From Negaprion brevirostris (lineage: Eukaryota): a DNA stretch of 64,000 nucleotides. A program made the translations under genes and the position numbers. This document shows, piece after piece, positions 61,354 to 64,000 of this stretch. Numbering within the stretch: position 1 is the stretch's first letter; every line of letters starts with the position of its first letter. The notes below the pieces were generated by a model. That model had not been told where the DNA came from, did not search any database, and saw only the letters and a list, made by a program, of their open reading frames with translations. The stretch covers positions 35,673,945 through 35,737,944 of the forward strand of contig JARDVH010000097.1 of assembly GCA_030324005.1 (NCBI GenBank), given 5' to 3'.

Positions 61354-61536
61354 CCTGTGATGTCCCTGTCACAGACTGCACCGTCGCAGAATGGGCTTAA
61401 GAGATTCGGAGCATTTTGAATATATACAGATGCTAGCTGTAACTGACAACTGTAACTGACTACAGGGGTAGAGCAAGGAGTCAGAATGCTTGCATCTGGA
61501 AAAAGGTCAGGAGCTTTTTGCTCCATGAGCAGCATG

Positions 61537-61862
61537 GGCAGCATGGTGGCATAGTGGTTAGCACTGCTGCTTCACAGTACCAGGGACCTGGGTTCAGTTC
61601 TGGCCTTGGATCGCTGTCTGTGTGGAGTCTGCACATTCTCCCCTTGTCTGTGTGGCTTTTCTCCAGGTGCTCGGGTTTCCTCCCACAGTCCAAAGATGCA
61701 CGGGGGTTAGGTTGATTGGCCGTACTAAATTGACCCCAACATCAGGGGATTAACAGGACAAATATGTGGAGTTGTGTGAAGAGGGCCTGGATGGGATTGT
61801 GGTTGACACAGACTCAGTGGGCTGAACGGCCTCCTGTACTGTAGGATTTCTATTCTATTCCA
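61537..61862 (+). mobile_element. HE1 V-SINE, full length
   Basis: gggcagcatggtggcatagtggttagcactgctgc...ctgtaggatttctattctattc. Confidence 0.9.
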
Positions 61863-63259
61863 TAGTTCCACATTGCTATTTCATTTCCTCCGTACAGACA
61901 GCACACTGACTTGCTGGAAGATCGATCTTTGGACAGCTAGTGCCTTTTAACTAAGGAAACTAAAACTGCCACACCAGTTGCCTGATCTTTTATGGCAGCA
62001 TTTTGCCATTCTGTGAACGTTGCTTGGTGTTTCTCGCCAGTTGCTATGACTGGTGTGGGAGTTGTACCTTCTGTCATCAGATGTTGGCCTCCACAAATCA
62101 CTGGATGGAACTGGTCAAACTTTCCATGCTGAAGGGGCTGTGTTTCTGGTTCTGTGCCATTCCCATAGACTTGATTCCTCGGGCCTCAGACAGGCTTATA
62201 CTATGCATTTCGCTTCTCCCACCTATTAGCCTTTTTCTGAAGCTTGGCCCTCTGAGGTTCTCATCTGATTGTTCTCTGGCTGAAAAATATCTAACCTTGA
62301 CCCCTGGCAACGTGACATCGTGGTTTCCTTTTTTCCAGTCAGAATGCTACCGACTATTGCCATGTAAAGACAAATGTTCTAACCCAATCTCTAAATTATA
62401 TGTAGTGTAGGCTCTAAATTGGTGTCTGCTGCACTGGTAGCAAATGAAGCAGTGCCTTTTCCTTCTTTCTCCTCCTCCTCCTCTTTCTTTGNNNNNNNNN
62501 NNNNNNNNNNNNNNNNNNNNNNNNNNNNNNNNNNNNNNNNNNNNNNNNNNNNNNNNNNNNNNNNNNNNNNNNNNNNNNNNNNNNNNNNNNNCTTTGAGTG
62601 GTTGGGGTGGGGGTTGGATGATAAGACAGCTCTTTTTCCTCTTCCAGTTCCTCCAGAGTGTAAGAAGGGCTTTGCTACTGCCTACAGTGATGGATCTGGA
62701 AAGGTTAGGCTGAAGTATGTATAGCCACACATGGGGAAAGTGTGTAAGGAGACCATATGGAGGTTGAGTGCAGATTGATTTAGGGATTGGGGCTCAGGAA
62801 CAGTTATGAATATATAAAAATGCTAATTTGTCCAAATACGTCTAGGCAAGATGTCCCCTCTTCTTCTGGTAGCCATCACATCTGCCATTCTCTTCTCAAT
62901 TAAAATAAGTACTGCCCTCTCAGAGGAAGTCACATCCTGCAGTTGAATCATGCTCTTTCTTCCTGTTATGTATTAACTTATCCTGGAAGAGAAAGATTGG
63001 TGATTGTAAATGAATAATTTGACAGGTGTGTTTGTGCATGTGTGGGTTGCCTCACATGCTTGAAGAATAATTTATATACCTAAAATGTGAGTAGTGTCTA
63101 TGAAGGATGCAGTGATGTTGGGTGTGTGAATGTCAGTAATAGATAGATGGTGGATCAAATGTGTTGAGTTTTCAATGCTTTTATGTTAGTGCAGTTATTA
63201 AAAAATGTGTTTTGGAGATGGGAACTTATGTTGATTACTCCTTTTAAATCATCATATTT

Positions 63260-63535
63260 TGGGTGGCTTGGTGACACAGTGGTTAGCACTGCTGCCTCAC
63301 AGCGCTGGAATCTATGCAGAGTCTGCACTTTCTCCCCATGTCTGTGTGGGTTTCCTCTGGATGCTCCAGTTTCCTCTCACAGTCTGAAAGATGTGCTGGT
63401 TAGGTGCATTGGTCATCCTAAATTCTTCGTCAGTGTACCCAAACAGGTGCTGGACTGTGATGACAAGGGTATTTTCACAGTAACTTTACTGCAGTCTTAA
63501 TGTAAGCCTATTTGTGACACGAATAAATAAATTTC
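63260..63535 (+). mobile_element. V-SINE with alternative (Rex1-like) tail
   Basis: HE1 head, then cagtgtacccaaacaggtgctgg...aatgtaagcctatttgtgacacgaataaataaa. Confidence 0.8.
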
Positions 63536-64000
63536 TAAACATTCAGTTATCTCCCTCTAATCTCAGTTTGCTATCCATGCTCCATCATTTTATTCCCTAG
63601 TTGTAGGTGTACCATCTGACTTGCTGTGAAAAAAATTGTGAGAAATCCACTATAATATTTGGTATGCATCTTCCACATAAAGGCTTTTCCTGTTGGAGTC
63701 GCACCTACTTCCTGTAACACATCATCTTGCATACTATATTGGAGACATCGGTTGCCCATCCTCCAAACCATCCAAGAGCAATGTCACAAAATACCGACAC
63801 TAGTAAATAAGAACATATACATTATATTAACCATAGTGTACAGATTTTAGAATCTCCATAGACATCAATCTGGAGAGCAACCAGTACCAAAAATATGATG
63901 CATCGGTGTATTAACCTTGACCCATTAAAATTAATGCGCATTGCCAGAAAAGCGAATCATTAGACTACACGGTGCAAAGTAGATTATAAAAGAAGCACAG

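Noticed and set aside
61537-61610. tRNA genes at SINE heads
   Set aside because: A/B boxes belong to HE1 and other SINEs and continue into SINE bodies; no full cloverleaf
62003-62960. 135-aa ORF and possible Harbinger Myb/SANT remnant
   Set aside because: Motif resemblance too weak to support; a gap interrupts the region

Overview
This is eukaryotic, repeat-dense, apparently gene-free DNA (intergenic or deep intronic) from a gapped draft assembly. The repeat content points to an elasmobranch (shark) genome, which is an inference: about 12 HE1/V-SINEs, Deu-domain SINEs, CR1/HER1-type LINEs, Zenon-like CR1, L2, Rex1/Babar and Penelope-like elements, a decayed Gypsy pol, hAT-Buster/Charlie elements and PIF/Harbinger elements. 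I find no intact host CDS, tRNA, rRNA or CRISPR array; the listed ORFs are TE remnants, chance ORFs or N-gap artefacts. The most notable signals are (1) minimal hammerhead-ribozyme motifs with covarying stem II in two Penelope-related families, including one intact core at 37882-37918; (2) Penelope insertions built as inverted repeats with a one-sided tail of about 40 bp and 12-13 bp target-site duplications; (3) multi-level nested TE stacks; (4) V-SINEs with an alternative, Rex1-like tail; and (5) TE-free islands that may be conserved non-coding elements. Coordinates of decayed repeats are approximate and family names come from recognition, not from a database search.
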